Below, piece by piece: positions 48,087 to 57,483 of a stretch of 64,000 nucleotides of DNA (positions are counted from its first letter, which is position 1; each line of letters starts with the position of its first letter). The notes beneath the pieces were generated by a model, which worked only from the letters and a program-made list of their open reading frames with translations, was not told the DNA's origin and did not search any database. The DNA is from Candidatus Omnitrophota bacterium (GTDB lineage Bacteria; Omnitrophota; Gorgyraeia; 2-01-FULL-45-10). A program made the translations under genes and the position numbers. The stretch lies in NCBI GenBank assembly GCA_003142795.1, contig PLNN01000024.1, positions 1,078 through 65,077 on the forward strand. The letters run 5' to 3'.

Positions 48087-48362
48087 ATGAAAGACAAGAT
48101 CCATCCGGAGTATAAAGAAGCGACTATTGCGTGCGTATGCGGGAACGTGATACACACGCGCTCGACGAAGCCGACCATTCACGTCGACATCTGCTCGAAT
48201 TGCCACCCGTTCTTTACCGGCAAGCAGAAACTGATCGATTCGGCAGGCCGCGTCGAGAAGTTCGCGAAACGTTACGCCGGCAAAGTGAAGCCGCGCAAGG
48301 TGAAGGCCGTAGAAGAGACGGCGCCAAAAACGGAAGCTAAAAAAGAAGAAAAGTCAGCTTAA
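48087..48362 (+). CDS. rpmE: 50S ribosomal protein L31 (Zn-binding type)
   Basis: [19 protein letters not shown]. Confidence 0.97.
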   Translation: MKDKIHPEYKEATIACVCGNVIHTRSTKPTIHVDICSNCHPFFTGKQKLIDSAGRVEKFAKRYAGKVKPRKVKAVEETAPKTEAKKEEKSA

Positions 48363-48368
48363 AGGCTC

Positions 48369-49448
48369 ATGATAGACAAGATACTGGAAGAGAAGAAGCG
48401 GCGTTACGACGAACTGCATACGCTCCTGGCAGATCCCAAGGTCATCGCGAATATGCCTGAATATCAGGGGTACGCCAGAGAGCTGTCCGGCCTTACGCCT
48501 ATGGTTAACGAGTATTCTAAATATCTTAAATTAGCCAACGATATAAAGGATCTCGATAAAGTCCTCAGCGATAAGACCCACGATAAGGATTTTTTCGTCC
48601 TCGCCGAAGAGGAGAAGCATAAGCTCGAGGCCCAATTTAAATCTCTCGAAAGCGCGCTTGAAGAGATGATCCTCGAAAAAGAATCCGGCAGCAACCGCAA
48701 CGTAATCCTGGAGATACGCGCCGGCACAGGAGGACTGGAGGCGAGCCTTTTTGCAGCGGACCTCTTACGGATGTACTCGAAATATGCCGGAAAAAAAGGA
48801 TGGACGGTCGAGCTGATCGATTCCAGCGTTACGGAGAAAGGCGGCTATAAAGAAGTCATAGTCGCCATCTCGGGAAAAGGTGCTTATGGTGCCCTTAAAT
48901 TCGAGAGCGGAACACACAGGGTCCAGCGCGTTCCTGATACCGAAGCTTCCGGCCGGATCCATACATCGGCCGCTACGGTCGCTGTGCTGCCTGACGTCGA
49001 GGACGTGGAGATAGACATTAAACCCGAAGAATTGAGAATAGACGTTTTTAGGGCGGGCGGCAAGGGCGGACAGAGCGTTAACAGGACCGACTCTGCTGTG
49101 CGCCTGACCCATATCCCTACCGGTATCGTAGTGACGTGCCAAGACGAACGGTCACAATTGAAAAATAAATCCAAAGCGCTCAAGGTGTTAAAAGCCAGGC
49201 TTTATGATATGAAGAAGAATGAACAGGATTCCAAGATCGCGCAATCTCGCCGCGCCCAGGTCGGCTCAGGCGACAGGTCAGAGAAGATACGGACTTATAA
49301 TTTTCCGGATAGGCGCATCACGGATCACAGGATAGGTTTCAGCGTGCATAATATGGAAGAAGTTCTGGAAGGCGAATTAGACGAACTTATAGGCGCATTG
49401 AAAAAAGAAGAGAGAGAACTCAGGTTGAAAGCGGCATCATTACGATGA
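48369..49448 (+). CDS. prfA: Peptide chain release factor 1
   Basis: HRVQRVPDTE (PxT), GGQ, RTYNFP. Confidence 0.97.
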   Translation: MIDKILEEKKRRYDELHTLLADPKVIANMPEYQGYARELSGLTPMVNEYSKYLKLANDIKDLDKVLSDKTHDKDFFVLAEEEKHKLEAQFKSLESALEEMILEKESGSNRNVILEIRAGTGGLEASLFAADLLRMYSKYAGKKGWTVELIDSSVTEKGGYKEVIVAISGKGAYGALKFESGTHRVQRVPDTEASGRIHTSAATVAVLPDVEDVEIDIKPEELRIDVFRAGGKGGQSVNRTDSAVRLTHIPTGIVVTCQDERSQLKNKSKALKVLKARLYDMKKNEQDSKIAQSRRAQVGSGDRSEKIRTYNFPDRRITDHRIGFSVHNMEEVLEGELDELIGALKKEERELRLKAASLR

Positions 49449-50119
49449 AAAGAATAAAACCTCATACGCCGGTGCAATATGTGATGGGCCATGTCCAGTT
49501 CTGCGATCTGGATCTTCTCGTTGACGAGCGGGTCCTCATTCCGCGGCCTGAGACAGAGATATTGGTGGATATTGCATCTGATATCATAAAAGGGGCCGGC
49601 ATCCCGGCTTCAAAGGCCAGGATTCTTGACCTGGGCACGGGTTCCGGCAATATCGCAATTGCGTTGACAAAAAAGATACCTGACTGTAAAATAATCGCTT
49701 CCGACATATCTGGCGGGGCGCTTGAAGTAGCGAAGCTGAATGCCGGCCGGAACGGCGTTTCGGACAGGATCGAATTCATAAAGAGCGATCTTTTCGCGAG
49801 CCTGGACGGTAAGTTTGATATAATCGTCTCGAATCCGCCTTATATTTCACGGCCGGAGTTCGAAAGTTTGCAGAAAGAAGTGCTGATGGAGCCTCACGTT
49901 GCCCTTGACGGCGGCAGCGACGGGCTGGATTTTTATAGAAAGATAATATCAGAAGCCGCCAAGCGCCTGACGAGCGGCGGATATATAATTTTCGAAATAG
50001 GGTTTGCGCAGAAAAAATTGATCTGCCGTATAATTGAAAAGGAAAGCGTCCTGAAGGTGATGCGGGTCGAGATAGACCATAATGAGATAGAAAGAATAGT
50101 CGCTGCAAGGAAAACGTAA
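49445..50119 (+). CDS. prmC: Release factor glutamine methyltransferase, N-terminally short
   Basis: VLIPRPETE, LDLGTGSG, SNPPY. Confidence 0.92.
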   Translation: MKRIKPHTPVQYVMGHVQFCDLDLLVDERVLIPRPETEILVDIASDIIKGAGIPASKARILDLGTGSGNIAIALTKKIPDCKIIASDISGGALEVAKLNAGRNGVSDRIEFIKSDLFASLDGKFDIIVSNPPYISRPEFESLQKEVLMEPHVALDGGSDGLDFYRKIISEAAKRLTSGGYIIFEIGFAQKKLICRIIEKESVLKVMRVEIDHNEIERIVAARKT

Positions 50120-51384
50120 TGGATAAATTGGTTGTAGAAGGCGGCAAACGGCTGGCAGGGAATGTTACGATAAGCGGGGCAAAGAACTCGTGTCTGCCTA
50201 TTTTGGCGGCGACCCTTCTTTCGGAAGATAGATCCGTTATCAGGAACTGCCCGGATCTTCGTGATATATCGACGATGATCAAGATCCTGAAGAACCTCGG
50301 CGTCAGGGTCCAGCAGGACGGCAGCACAATAACGGTCGAGCCGGGAAATTATAAAAAATATACTGCATCGTATGAGCTTGTCAGCACGATGCGCGCGTCC
50401 GTATGCCTTCTGGGGCCGCTTCTCGCGAAGCAAAGAAAAGCCGAAGTCTCGTTCCCGGGAGGGTGCGTTATAGGTCCCAGGCCGATCGACCTTCACTTAA
50501 AAGGCATGAAAGCGCTGGGCGCGGACCTTAAGGTTGAGCGCGGTTACATCATAGCGGATGCAAAAAATTTAAAAGGCGGTAATGTCTATCTGGGCGGCCA
50601 TTTCGGTTCAAGCGTCCTCGCGACGGGCAACGTAATGATGGCGGCTACGCTCGCAAAAGGCACTACCGTCATAGAGAACGCCGCATGTGAGCCGGAAGTC
50701 ATAGACCTGGCTTGCTTTTTAATCAAGATGGGCGCGCGGATATCAGGCCATGCAACTCATCGTATAGTGGTCGAGGGCGTGAAAAAACTTCATGGCGCGG
50801 AGCACTCCATCATCCCTGACAGGATAGAGGCAGGTACTTACATAATCGCCGCTGCTATAACGAAAGGCGATATAACATTAAAGAATATGGAGCTCGATCA
50901 CCTGGTAGCTGTAACGGATAAATTGATGGAGTCGGGCCTGGAGATAAAAAAGACGATAAGCGGGGTCAGGGCACGATACGTAAAAAAACTTAAGCCCCTC
51001 GACATCATAACGCTTCCGTACCCCGGATTTCCGACGGACCTGCAAGCGCAGTTCATGAGCCTTATGACCGTCACGGACGGGATAAGCGTTATAACGGAAA
51101 AGATATATCCCGAAAGGTTCATCCACATAAGCGAACTGGGCAGGATGGGGGCCGACATACAGTTGGAAGGGCCGAATGCCATAGTGAAAGGCATGAAGTC
51201 ATTAAGCGGCGCGCCTGTGATGGCCAGCGACCTGAGGGCGAGCGCGGCTCTTGTGCTGGCAGGGCTTGTCGCGAAGGGAAGGACAGACGTTCACAGAATA
51301 TATCATCTCGACAGAGGTTACGAGAATATAGAGGCCAAACTTACGAAGTTAGGCGCAAAAGTATGGAGAGAAAAGGAGAAATAA
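50119..51384 (+). CDS. murA: UDP-N-acetylglucosamine 1-carboxyvinyltransferase
   Basis: SGAKNS, PGGCVIGPRP, PGFPTD, DLRA. Confidence 0.97.
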   Translation: MDKLVVEGGKRLAGNVTISGAKNSCLPILAATLLSEDRSVIRNCPDLRDISTMIKILKNLGVRVQQDGSTITVEPGNYKKYTASYELVSTMRASVCLLGPLLAKQRKAEVSFPGGCVIGPRPIDLHLKGMKALGADLKVERGYIIADAKNLKGGNVYLGGHFGSSVLATGNVMMAATLAKGTTVIENAACEPEVIDLACFLIKMGARISGHATHRIVVEGVKKLHGAEHSIIPDRIEAGTYIIAAAITKGDITLKNMELDHLVAVTDKLMESGLEIKKTISGVRARYVKKLKPLDIITLPYPGFPTDLQAQFMSLMTVTDGISVITEKIYPERFIHISELGRMGADIQLEGPNAIVKGMKSLSGAPVMASDLRASAALVLAGLVAKGRTDVHRIYHLDRGYENIEAKLTKLGAKVWREKEK

Positions 51385-51385
51385 T

Positions 51386-51634
51386 ATGGCAGCAGTAATA
51401 AGACTTAAAAGGATGGGCGCGATAAAGAAGCCGGCGCACAGGATAGTGGTAATGAACCGGGAGAGCGCGCGCGATTCAAGGCCGATAGAGATCCTCGGCT
51501 TCTATGATCCTAAAACTAATCCTGCGACCGTCAAAGTGAAAAAAGAGCGTGCCGAATATTGGATCGGCGTAGGCGCGACCCCTTCACCGGCTGTGAGAAC
51601 ACTATTGAAGAAGCAGGGCATCAAGGTCAGATAA
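51386..51634 (+). CDS. rpsP: 30S ribosomal protein S16
   Basis: IRLKRMG, RIVV, LGFYDP. Confidence 0.96.
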   Translation: MAAVIRLKRMGAIKKPAHRIVVMNRESARDSRPIEILGFYDPKTNPATVKVKKERAEYWIGVGATPSPAVRTLLKKQGIKVR

Positions 51635-51652
51635 CACTTAAAGTAGATATTT

Positions 51653-52333
51653 ATGAAAATCGATGTATTAACGCTCTTTCCCAAGATGTTCGAAAATATT
51701 CTGGGTGAATCGATCCTGAAACGCGCCCAGTCTAAAGGGCTCGTTAAGATAAATGTTCACAATTTGAGGGACTGGACGAGCGATAATCATCGTTCGGCCG
51801 ACGATAAGCCGTTCGGCGGCGGCCCGGGAATGGTGATGAAGGTTGAGCCGGTGTATAAAGCCCTAGAAGAATTGAAAATAGAGGCAAGGGTAATATTGCT
51901 TACACCTCAGGGGAAAAAGCTAAATCAGAAAATTGTAAAAGAGTTAGCTAAAGAAAAAAATCTGGTCCTGATCTGCGGGCACTATGAAGGCGTTGACGAA
52001 CGGATACGGGAAATTGCAGATGATGAAATATCGATCGGCGATTACATACTGACGTGCGGGGAGATACCGGCGCTTGTCCTGATAGATTCAGTTGTAAGGC
52101 TTGTCCCGGGCGTCCTGGGCGATGAAGGGTCGAAAATAGAAGAATCTTTTGAAAATAACATGCTGGAATATCCGCAATACACCAGGCCTGCGGATTTTAA
52201 AGGTATGAAAGTGCCGGAAGTCCTGTTGAACGGCGATCATAAAAAAATAGAGAAATGGCGCAAAGACGAGGCATTGAAAAGGACTCGCGAGCGCCGGCCG
52301 GATCTAATAAAGAAAGGGAAGAAAAATGGATAA
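51653..52333 (+). CDS. trmD: tRNA (guanine37-N1)-methyltransferase
   Basis: [25 protein letters not shown]. Confidence 0.97.
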   Translation: MKIDVLTLFPKMFENILGESILKRAQSKGLVKINVHNLRDWTSDNHRSADDKPFGGGPGMVMKVEPVYKALEELKIEARVILLTPQGKKLNQKIVKELAKEKNLVLICGHYEGVDERIREIADDEISIGDYILTCGEIPALVLIDSVVRLVPGVLGDEGSKIEESFENNMLEYPQYTRPADFKGMKVPEVLLNGDHKKIEKWRKDEALKRTRERRPDLIKKGKKNG

Positions 52334-52724
52334 TAAGTATATGAACCTTGTAGAATCGAAATATCTCAAAAAAGATATCACGAAATTCAATATCGGAGAT
52401 ACCATCGACGTGGCTGTGAAGATCGTCGAAGAAGGTAAGACGCGCCTGCAGACCTTCGAGGGAGTGGTTATAGCGCGAGCAGGATCAGGCCTTACCGAGA
52501 CTTTTACCGTAAGGAAGATATCTTACGGCGAAGGCGTAGAGATGGTATTCCCGCTGCACTCACCGTCTATCGACAAGATAAAGGTAATGAAAAAAGGCGA
52601 TGTTAACCGCGCGAAGCTCTATTATCTGAAACGCAAAGTCGGAAAAGAGACGAAAGTTGACGAAAAGATCACGCACGCGCAAGGCGTCGAGGCAGTTACT
52701 CCTCCACGAGAGGAACCTAAATAA
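52326..52724 (+). CDS. rplS: 50S ribosomal protein L19
   Basis: [30 protein letters not shown]. Confidence 0.97.
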   Translation: MDNKYMNLVESKYLKKDITKFNIGDTIDVAVKIVEEGKTRLQTFEGVVIARAGSGLTETFTVRKISYGEGVEMVFPLHSPSIDKIKVMKKGDVNRAKLYYLKRKVGKETKVDEKITHAQGVEAVTPPREEPK

Positions 52725-53301
52725 TTCCGGCTTTTTATTTATAGCCGGCGTTGACGAAGCGGGCCGCGGCCCTCTGGCCGGTCCTGTTGTCGCAGGCGCG
52801 TGCATATTAAAAACTACCGTTTTTACCGAAGAGATAGACGATTCCAAAAAGCTCACCCCTAAAAAACGCGACAAAGCCTTCCGGGAAATAATCGACAAAT
52901 GTATTGTGGGTATCGGTATCATCGATGAAAAGGTGATCGACGAGATAAATATCTACCGCGCTACTATCCGGGCTATGGAACAGGCGATAGCCACGCTCGA
53001 GAGAGCGCCCGATTACGTGATAGTGGACGGAAGGATGCGTCTTTCCACGAAGTGCCCGATCAGATGCATTATCGGGGGAGACGGCAAAAGTCTTTCTATC
53101 GCGGCAGCGTCTATAATAGCCAAGGTTACCAGAGACCGCATCATGTTAAAATACGACGAATTATATCCTCAATACGGCTTTGCCCGCCACAAAGGTTATG
53201 GCACAAAATTCCACATGCAAGCCCTCAGTAAACACGGCCCATCGCCGATCCACCGTTTCAGCTTCCGGCCTGTCAGAGAGTGTAAATTAAATTCTATTTG
53301 A
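52657..53301 (+). CDS. rnhB: Ribonuclease HII
   Basis: [32 protein letters not shown]; start uncertain (overlaps rplS). Confidence 0.95.
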   Translation: MTKRSRTRKASRQLLLHERNLNNSGFLFIAGVDEAGRGPLAGPVVAGACILKTTVFTEEIDDSKKLTPKKRDKAFREIIDKCIVGIGIIDEKVIDEINIYRATIRAMEQAIATLERAPDYVIVDGRMRLSTKCPIRCIIGGDGKSLSIAAASIIAKVTRDRIMLKYDELYPQYGFARHKGYGTKFHMQALSKHGPSPIHRFSFRPVRECKLNSI

Positions 53302-53326
53302 CCCAGCCCCGCCTTTGTATTAAAAT
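53298..53326 (+). promoter_or_regulatory. sigma70 promoter of the Wood-Ljungdahl operon
   Basis: TTGACC-17 nt-TAAAAT. Confidence 0.6.
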
Positions 53327-53390
53327 AGTTAGCCTATTAGCTTTATATATCATTATTATATATAGCAGGCTAACTTAAGATGAGCGGCAA

Positions 53391-55064
53391 GTGAATAGAC
53401 CCAATCTAAAACCCATCGATCGTATAGCAAAAGACCTCGGCATACACGCAAAATATCTCGAACTTTATGGTGACCACAAAGCAAAAATATCATTAGATCT
53501 GCTTGGCGGGCTAAAGTCTGCGAAAAAAGGAAAATATATAGTAGTAACCGGCATAACGCCTACCCATCTTGGGGAGGGTAAGACCGTTACTACTATCGGC
53601 CTTGCCATGGCCCTGAGCAAGGGTAAAGAGAAGGCAGTAGTCTGTATAAGGGAGCCTTCGGTCGGGCCTTTCTTTGGAGTGAAGGGTGGAGGAGTGGGCG
53701 GCGGAAGATGCGAGGTTTTACCCGCCAATGACATAAGTCTTCATCTCACGGGAGATATCCATGCTGTGAGTGCTGCGCATAATCTGTGCGCTGCCTTCAT
53801 AGATAACCATCTTTTTCATGGCAACAGGCTGGGCATAGATAAAGCAAAAATATTCTGGAAACGGGTCGTAGATATAAATGACCGCGCTCTTCGCAGCGTC
53901 AGGATAGGATTGGGCGGCGGCGTGAACGGTATCGAGCGCGATACGCGCTTTGACATAACCGCGGCGAGCGAGCTCATGGCGATACTTGCCTTGTCCGAGT
54001 CGATCGCGGATATGAGGCAGCGGATCGGCAGGATAGTGATCGGCCTGACAAAGAATGGAAAGCCGGTGACCTGCGAAGACCTGAAATGCGCCGGTGCAAT
54101 GGCAGCGCTTCTAACGGATGCGTTAAAGCCGAACCTTGTCCAGACAACTGAAGGGACGCCATGCTTTATTCACACGGGCCCGTTCGCGAACATCACGCAC
54201 GGCAATTCCTCTATCCTGGCGGATAGGATAGCTCTGCCGCTCGCAGATTACGTCGTAACTGAGGCCGGGTTTGGTGCGGATTGCGGCCTGGAAAAGTTCA
54301 TCGATATAAAGTGCAGGGCGAGCGGCCTTAAGCCATTCGTGGTCGTTCTTGTCGCGTCGATAAGGGCGTTAAAGATACACTCCGGCATATATAAGATGGT
54401 CGTGGGCAGATCTCTTGATAAAGAGATCATGGGCGAGAACCTGGACGCCGTTGAAACAGGTTGTTCAAATTTAGAAAAGCAGATAGAGAATGTCAGGGCC
54501 TTCGATCTTCCCTGCGTTGTCGCGGTGAACAAATTCCCCACCGATACGGCCAGGGAACTTGCGATGGTGAAGAGTAAAGCGCTTGAAGCAGGCGCGTTCG
54601 CCTGCGAAGTAAGCGATATGTATAAGCGCGGGTCCGAAGGCGGCAGAGACATCGCGGAGGCCGTCAAAGCGGCTTGCCGCACAAATAATCATTTTAAATT
54701 TTTATATCCGCTGGATATCCCGATAAAGAAAAAGATATTGGTGATAGCAACGAAGATATACGGCGCCAAAGACGTTCGCTATGAGCCGGATGCCGAAAAA
54801 GATATAGCGATATTTGAAAAGTCGGGTTTCGGTGACCTTCCGGTATGCATGGCAAAGACGCACCTATCTTTATCGCATGATCCGCTCTTGAAAGGCGCGC
54901 CGCGGAATTTCACGCTTCCGGTACGGGAAGTGCGTCCGTCTATAGGAGCGGGATTTGTCTACGCCATTTGCGGTAAGACGCTTACGATGCCGGCATTGCC
55001 TTCTCGCCCCGTAGGCGAAAAGATAGATATAGATTCTAAAGGAAGGATGATATATGTACGATAG
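53391..55064 (+). CDS. fhs: Formate-tetrahydrofolate ligase
   Basis: TPTHLGEGKT, LHLTGDIHA, GPFANITHG, TEAGFG, CMAKT. Confidence 0.96.
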   Translation: MNRPNLKPIDRIAKDLGIHAKYLELYGDHKAKISLDLLGGLKSAKKGKYIVVTGITPTHLGEGKTVTTIGLAMALSKGKEKAVVCIREPSVGPFFGVKGGGVGGGRCEVLPANDISLHLTGDIHAVSAAHNLCAAFIDNHLFHGNRLGIDKAKIFWKRVVDINDRALRSVRIGLGGGVNGIERDTRFDITAASELMAILALSESIADMRQRIGRIVIGLTKNGKPVTCEDLKCAGAMAALLTDALKPNLVQTTEGTPCFIHTGPFANITHGNSSILADRIALPLADYVVTEAGFGADCGLEKFIDIKCRASGLKPFVVVLVASIRALKIHSGIYKMVVGRSLDKEIMGENLDAVETGCSNLEKQIENVRAFDLPCVVAVNKFPTDTARELAMVKSKALEAGAFACEVSDMYKRGSEGGRDIAEAVKAACRTNNHFKFLYPLDIPIKKKILVIATKIYGAKDVRYEPDAEKDIAIFEKSGFGDLPVCMAKTHLSLSHDPLLKGAPRNFTLPVREVRPSIGAGFVYAICGKTLTMPALPSRPVGEKIDIDSKGRMIYVR

Positions 55065-55656
55065 CGGATCGATAAAAGATTACCTTCGCGACCTGTCAGC
55101 AAAATTACCGGCGCCGGGCGGCGGAAGCGCAGCTGCGTTGAGCGCAAGTATTGGCGCAAGCCTTATGTGCATGGTGGCGAATTATACCGTACACAATCCT
55201 AAATATAAAGACGTTGAAGAAAAAGCAGCTGATATTTTAGTAAGGGCCGGTAACTTCAGGGACGAGCTGGAACTTCTGGTGGATAAAGATATTGAGGCGT
55301 ATAAAAAATTGTCGAAGTTGACGAAAGAGTCCGATCCCGCTAAACTTGAAGAGGCGTATAAAGAAGCCCTAAAGCCGCCATTTGAGATATGTAAGGTTGC
55401 AAGCCGCGCCCTGGAGCTTTGCTCCGGCCTTGTGAAGGTCGGGAATAAGAACCTGATAACGGATACTGCGATCGCGGCGATACTGCTTGAGGGGGCATTC
55501 TTCTCCGCGAAATTCAATGTTTATATAAATTTAAAATATATAAAGGACATGGACTATGTAGGCGAGATCCATAAATTACTTGCGCCTCTGGAAGAATCGA
55601 TGCCAAAGCTAAAAGAAGATATCCTTGAAGCATGCGAGGATGTTATATCAAGATAG
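55054..55656 (+). CDS. fchA: Cyclodeaminase/cyclohydrolase family (FchA-like)
   Basis: PAPGGGSAAA, GNKNLITD, NVYINL; lies between fhs and folD. Confidence 0.88.
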   Translation: MYDSGSIKDYLRDLSAKLPAPGGGSAAALSASIGASLMCMVANYTVHNPKYKDVEEKAADILVRAGNFRDELELLVDKDIEAYKKLSKLTKESDPAKLEEAYKEALKPPFEICKVASRALELCSGLVKVGNKNLITDTAIAAILLEGAFFSAKFNVYINLKYIKDMDYVGEIHKLLAPLEESMPKLKEDILEACEDVISR

Positions 55657-55665
55657 GGGGATCGA

Positions 55666-56523
55666 ATGGCGGCAAAGCTATTGGAAGGAAAAGCGATCGC
55701 GGAAAAATTGAAAGCGGTGGTAAGACAGGAAGTTGATTTGCTTAGGGCAAAGCAGAATAGAGCTCCGAAGCTTATTGCACTTCAGATAGGCGAGAACGCA
55801 TCGTCCGCGGTTTACGTCAAGGCGCAGAGGAAAGTGGCCGAGTCACTGGGGATAGAATACTGGTTAGAAACTTTGCCCGACACTATTTCTCAGGCCGAGG
55901 CGGAACAAAAGATAAGCGACTTTAATAAAGACCATAGTATCACAGCCATTATAGTGCAATTGCCGGTTCCAAAGGGAATTGACGCCAAAAAGCTAGCTAA
56001 CACGATCTGGCCTGCGAAAGATGCTGAAGGCATGCATCCGCAGAATCTGGGCAGGATCCTGCTCGGTAATTACAAAATAGGCCCGTGCACTGCGATGGCA
56101 GTCATGGAACTGCTTGAGAGTACAGGCGAAAAGCTATACGGTAAAGAAGCCGTTATTGTCGGGCATTCAGAGATAGTGGGAAAGCCCTTGGCGCTCATGC
56201 TTCTCAATAAGTTAGCGACTACCACGGTTTGTCATATCGCTACGGGCGAACGCGGCGTCCTGGCCGATCACGTAAAACGCGCTGAGATACTTGTAGTCGC
56301 TGTCGGTAAGGCAGGGATCATAAAAGGCGATTGGGTGAAACCGGGCGCGGTCGTTGTTGATGTCGGAATAAATAGAGTCGGCGACAAAATCGTGGGTGAT
56401 GTCGAATTTGAAGCTGCGTCGCAGAGGGCCTCGTACATTACGCCTGTGCCTGGCGGAGTCGGGCCGATCACCACCACTATTCTTATGAGGAATACTGTAG
56501 AACTATTCAAAATAAGCTTTTAG
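55666..56523 (+). CDS. folD: Methylene-THF dehydrogenase/cyclohydrolase
   Basis: VQLPVP, PCT, SEIVGKP, DVGIN, TPVPGGVGP. Confidence 0.96.
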   Translation: MAAKLLEGKAIAEKLKAVVRQEVDLLRAKQNRAPKLIALQIGENASSAVYVKAQRKVAESLGIEYWLETLPDTISQAEAEQKISDFNKDHSITAIIVQLPVPKGIDAKKLANTIWPAKDAEGMHPQNLGRILLGNYKIGPCTAMAVMELLESTGEKLYGKEAVIVGHSEIVGKPLALMLLNKLATTTVCHIATGERGVLADHVKRAEILVVAVGKAGIIKGDWVKPGAVVVDVGINRVGDKIVGDVEFEAASQRASYITPVPGGVGPITTTILMRNTVELFKISF

Positions 56524-56584
56524 CTTACAGCTTACAGTAAAAGCTTTTCCTGTGCGCTGTAATCTGTAAGCTGTTAGCTAAGCG
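56520..56584. repeat. Inverted heptamer tandem repeats forming a hairpin
   Basis: TAGCTTA-CAGCTTA-CAG versus CTGTGCG-CTGTAAT-CTGTAAG-CTGTTAG-CTAAGCG; 18-bp arms with one mismatch. Confidence 0.8.
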
Positions 56585-56601
56585 AAGGGTTGGAGAGGAA
56601 T

Positions 56602-57474
56602 ATGACTTTCTGTGAAAAGATCAAGGCCGGTAAATTCATCGTTACAAGCGAGATCGGGCCCCCGAAAGGGACAGACGTAAAAGAGATGCTCGAGGACGCG
56701 GATCTTATTAAGAATAAGGTCGATGCGATCAATGTTACTGATCTGCAGAGTTCTGTAATGCGGGTGGGTTCACTGGCCGTGTGCCGGCTTCTTCTGGATA
56801 GAGGTATTACCCCAATATTTCAGATGACTTGCCGCGACAGGAACAGGCTTGCTCTTCAATCCGATCTTTTATCGGCAAGCATCCTCGGGATAGAAAATGT
56901 TTTGCTCCTGACAGGCGATTATCCAAGCCTCGGCGATCACCCGGAAGCAAAGCCTGTATTCGATCTGGGGAGCGTCCAGCTATTGGATGTTGCGAAGACA
57001 TTGCAGGAAGGTAAGGATATGAAGGGTAATGCGCTAAAGGGCGCGCCTAAATTCTGCATGGGCGCGGTAGTGAATCCTGGAGCGGACCCTCTTGAGCCTG
57101 AGATACTGAAGATGGAAAAGAAAGTAGAGGCAGGCGCGCAATTTTTCCAGACGCAGGCCGTTTACGATATCGATCTGTATAAAAGATTTCTGGATGCTAT
57201 TAAGCATATACAAGTGCCTGTATTTGCGGGAATAGTCCTTTTAAAATCTGCCGGAATGGCAAGATATATGAATAAGAACGTTGCCGGTGTTTTTGTGCCG
57301 GACAACCTGATAAAAGAGATGGAAGAGACGAAAGACAAGGCCGTGAAATCGATCGAGATAGCCGCGCGCCTGATAAAAGAATTAAAGCCTCTATGCAGAG
57401 GCATTCATATCATGCCGATAGGATGGGATAAAAAAGTGCCGCAAGTGTTGGATGCGGCAGGATTATCAGAATAG
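56602..57474 (+). CDS. metF: Methylene-THF reductase
   Basis: EIGPPKG, QMTCRDRNRLALQ, LTGD, GAQFFQTQ. Confidence 0.93.
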   Translation: MTFCEKIKAGKFIVTSEIGPPKGTDVKEMLEDADLIKNKVDAINVTDLQSSVMRVGSLAVCRLLLDRGITPIFQMTCRDRNRLALQSDLLSASILGIENVLLLTGDYPSLGDHPEAKPVFDLGSVQLLDVAKTLQEGKDMKGNALKGAPKFCMGAVVNPGADPLEPEILKMEKKVEAGAQFFQTQAVYDIDLYKRFLDAIKHIQVPVFAGIVLLKSAGMARYMNKNVAGVFVPDNLIKEMEETKDKAVKSIEIAARLIKELKPLCRGIHIMPIGWDKKVPQVLDAAGLSE

Positions 57475-57483
57475 GAGAACGAG

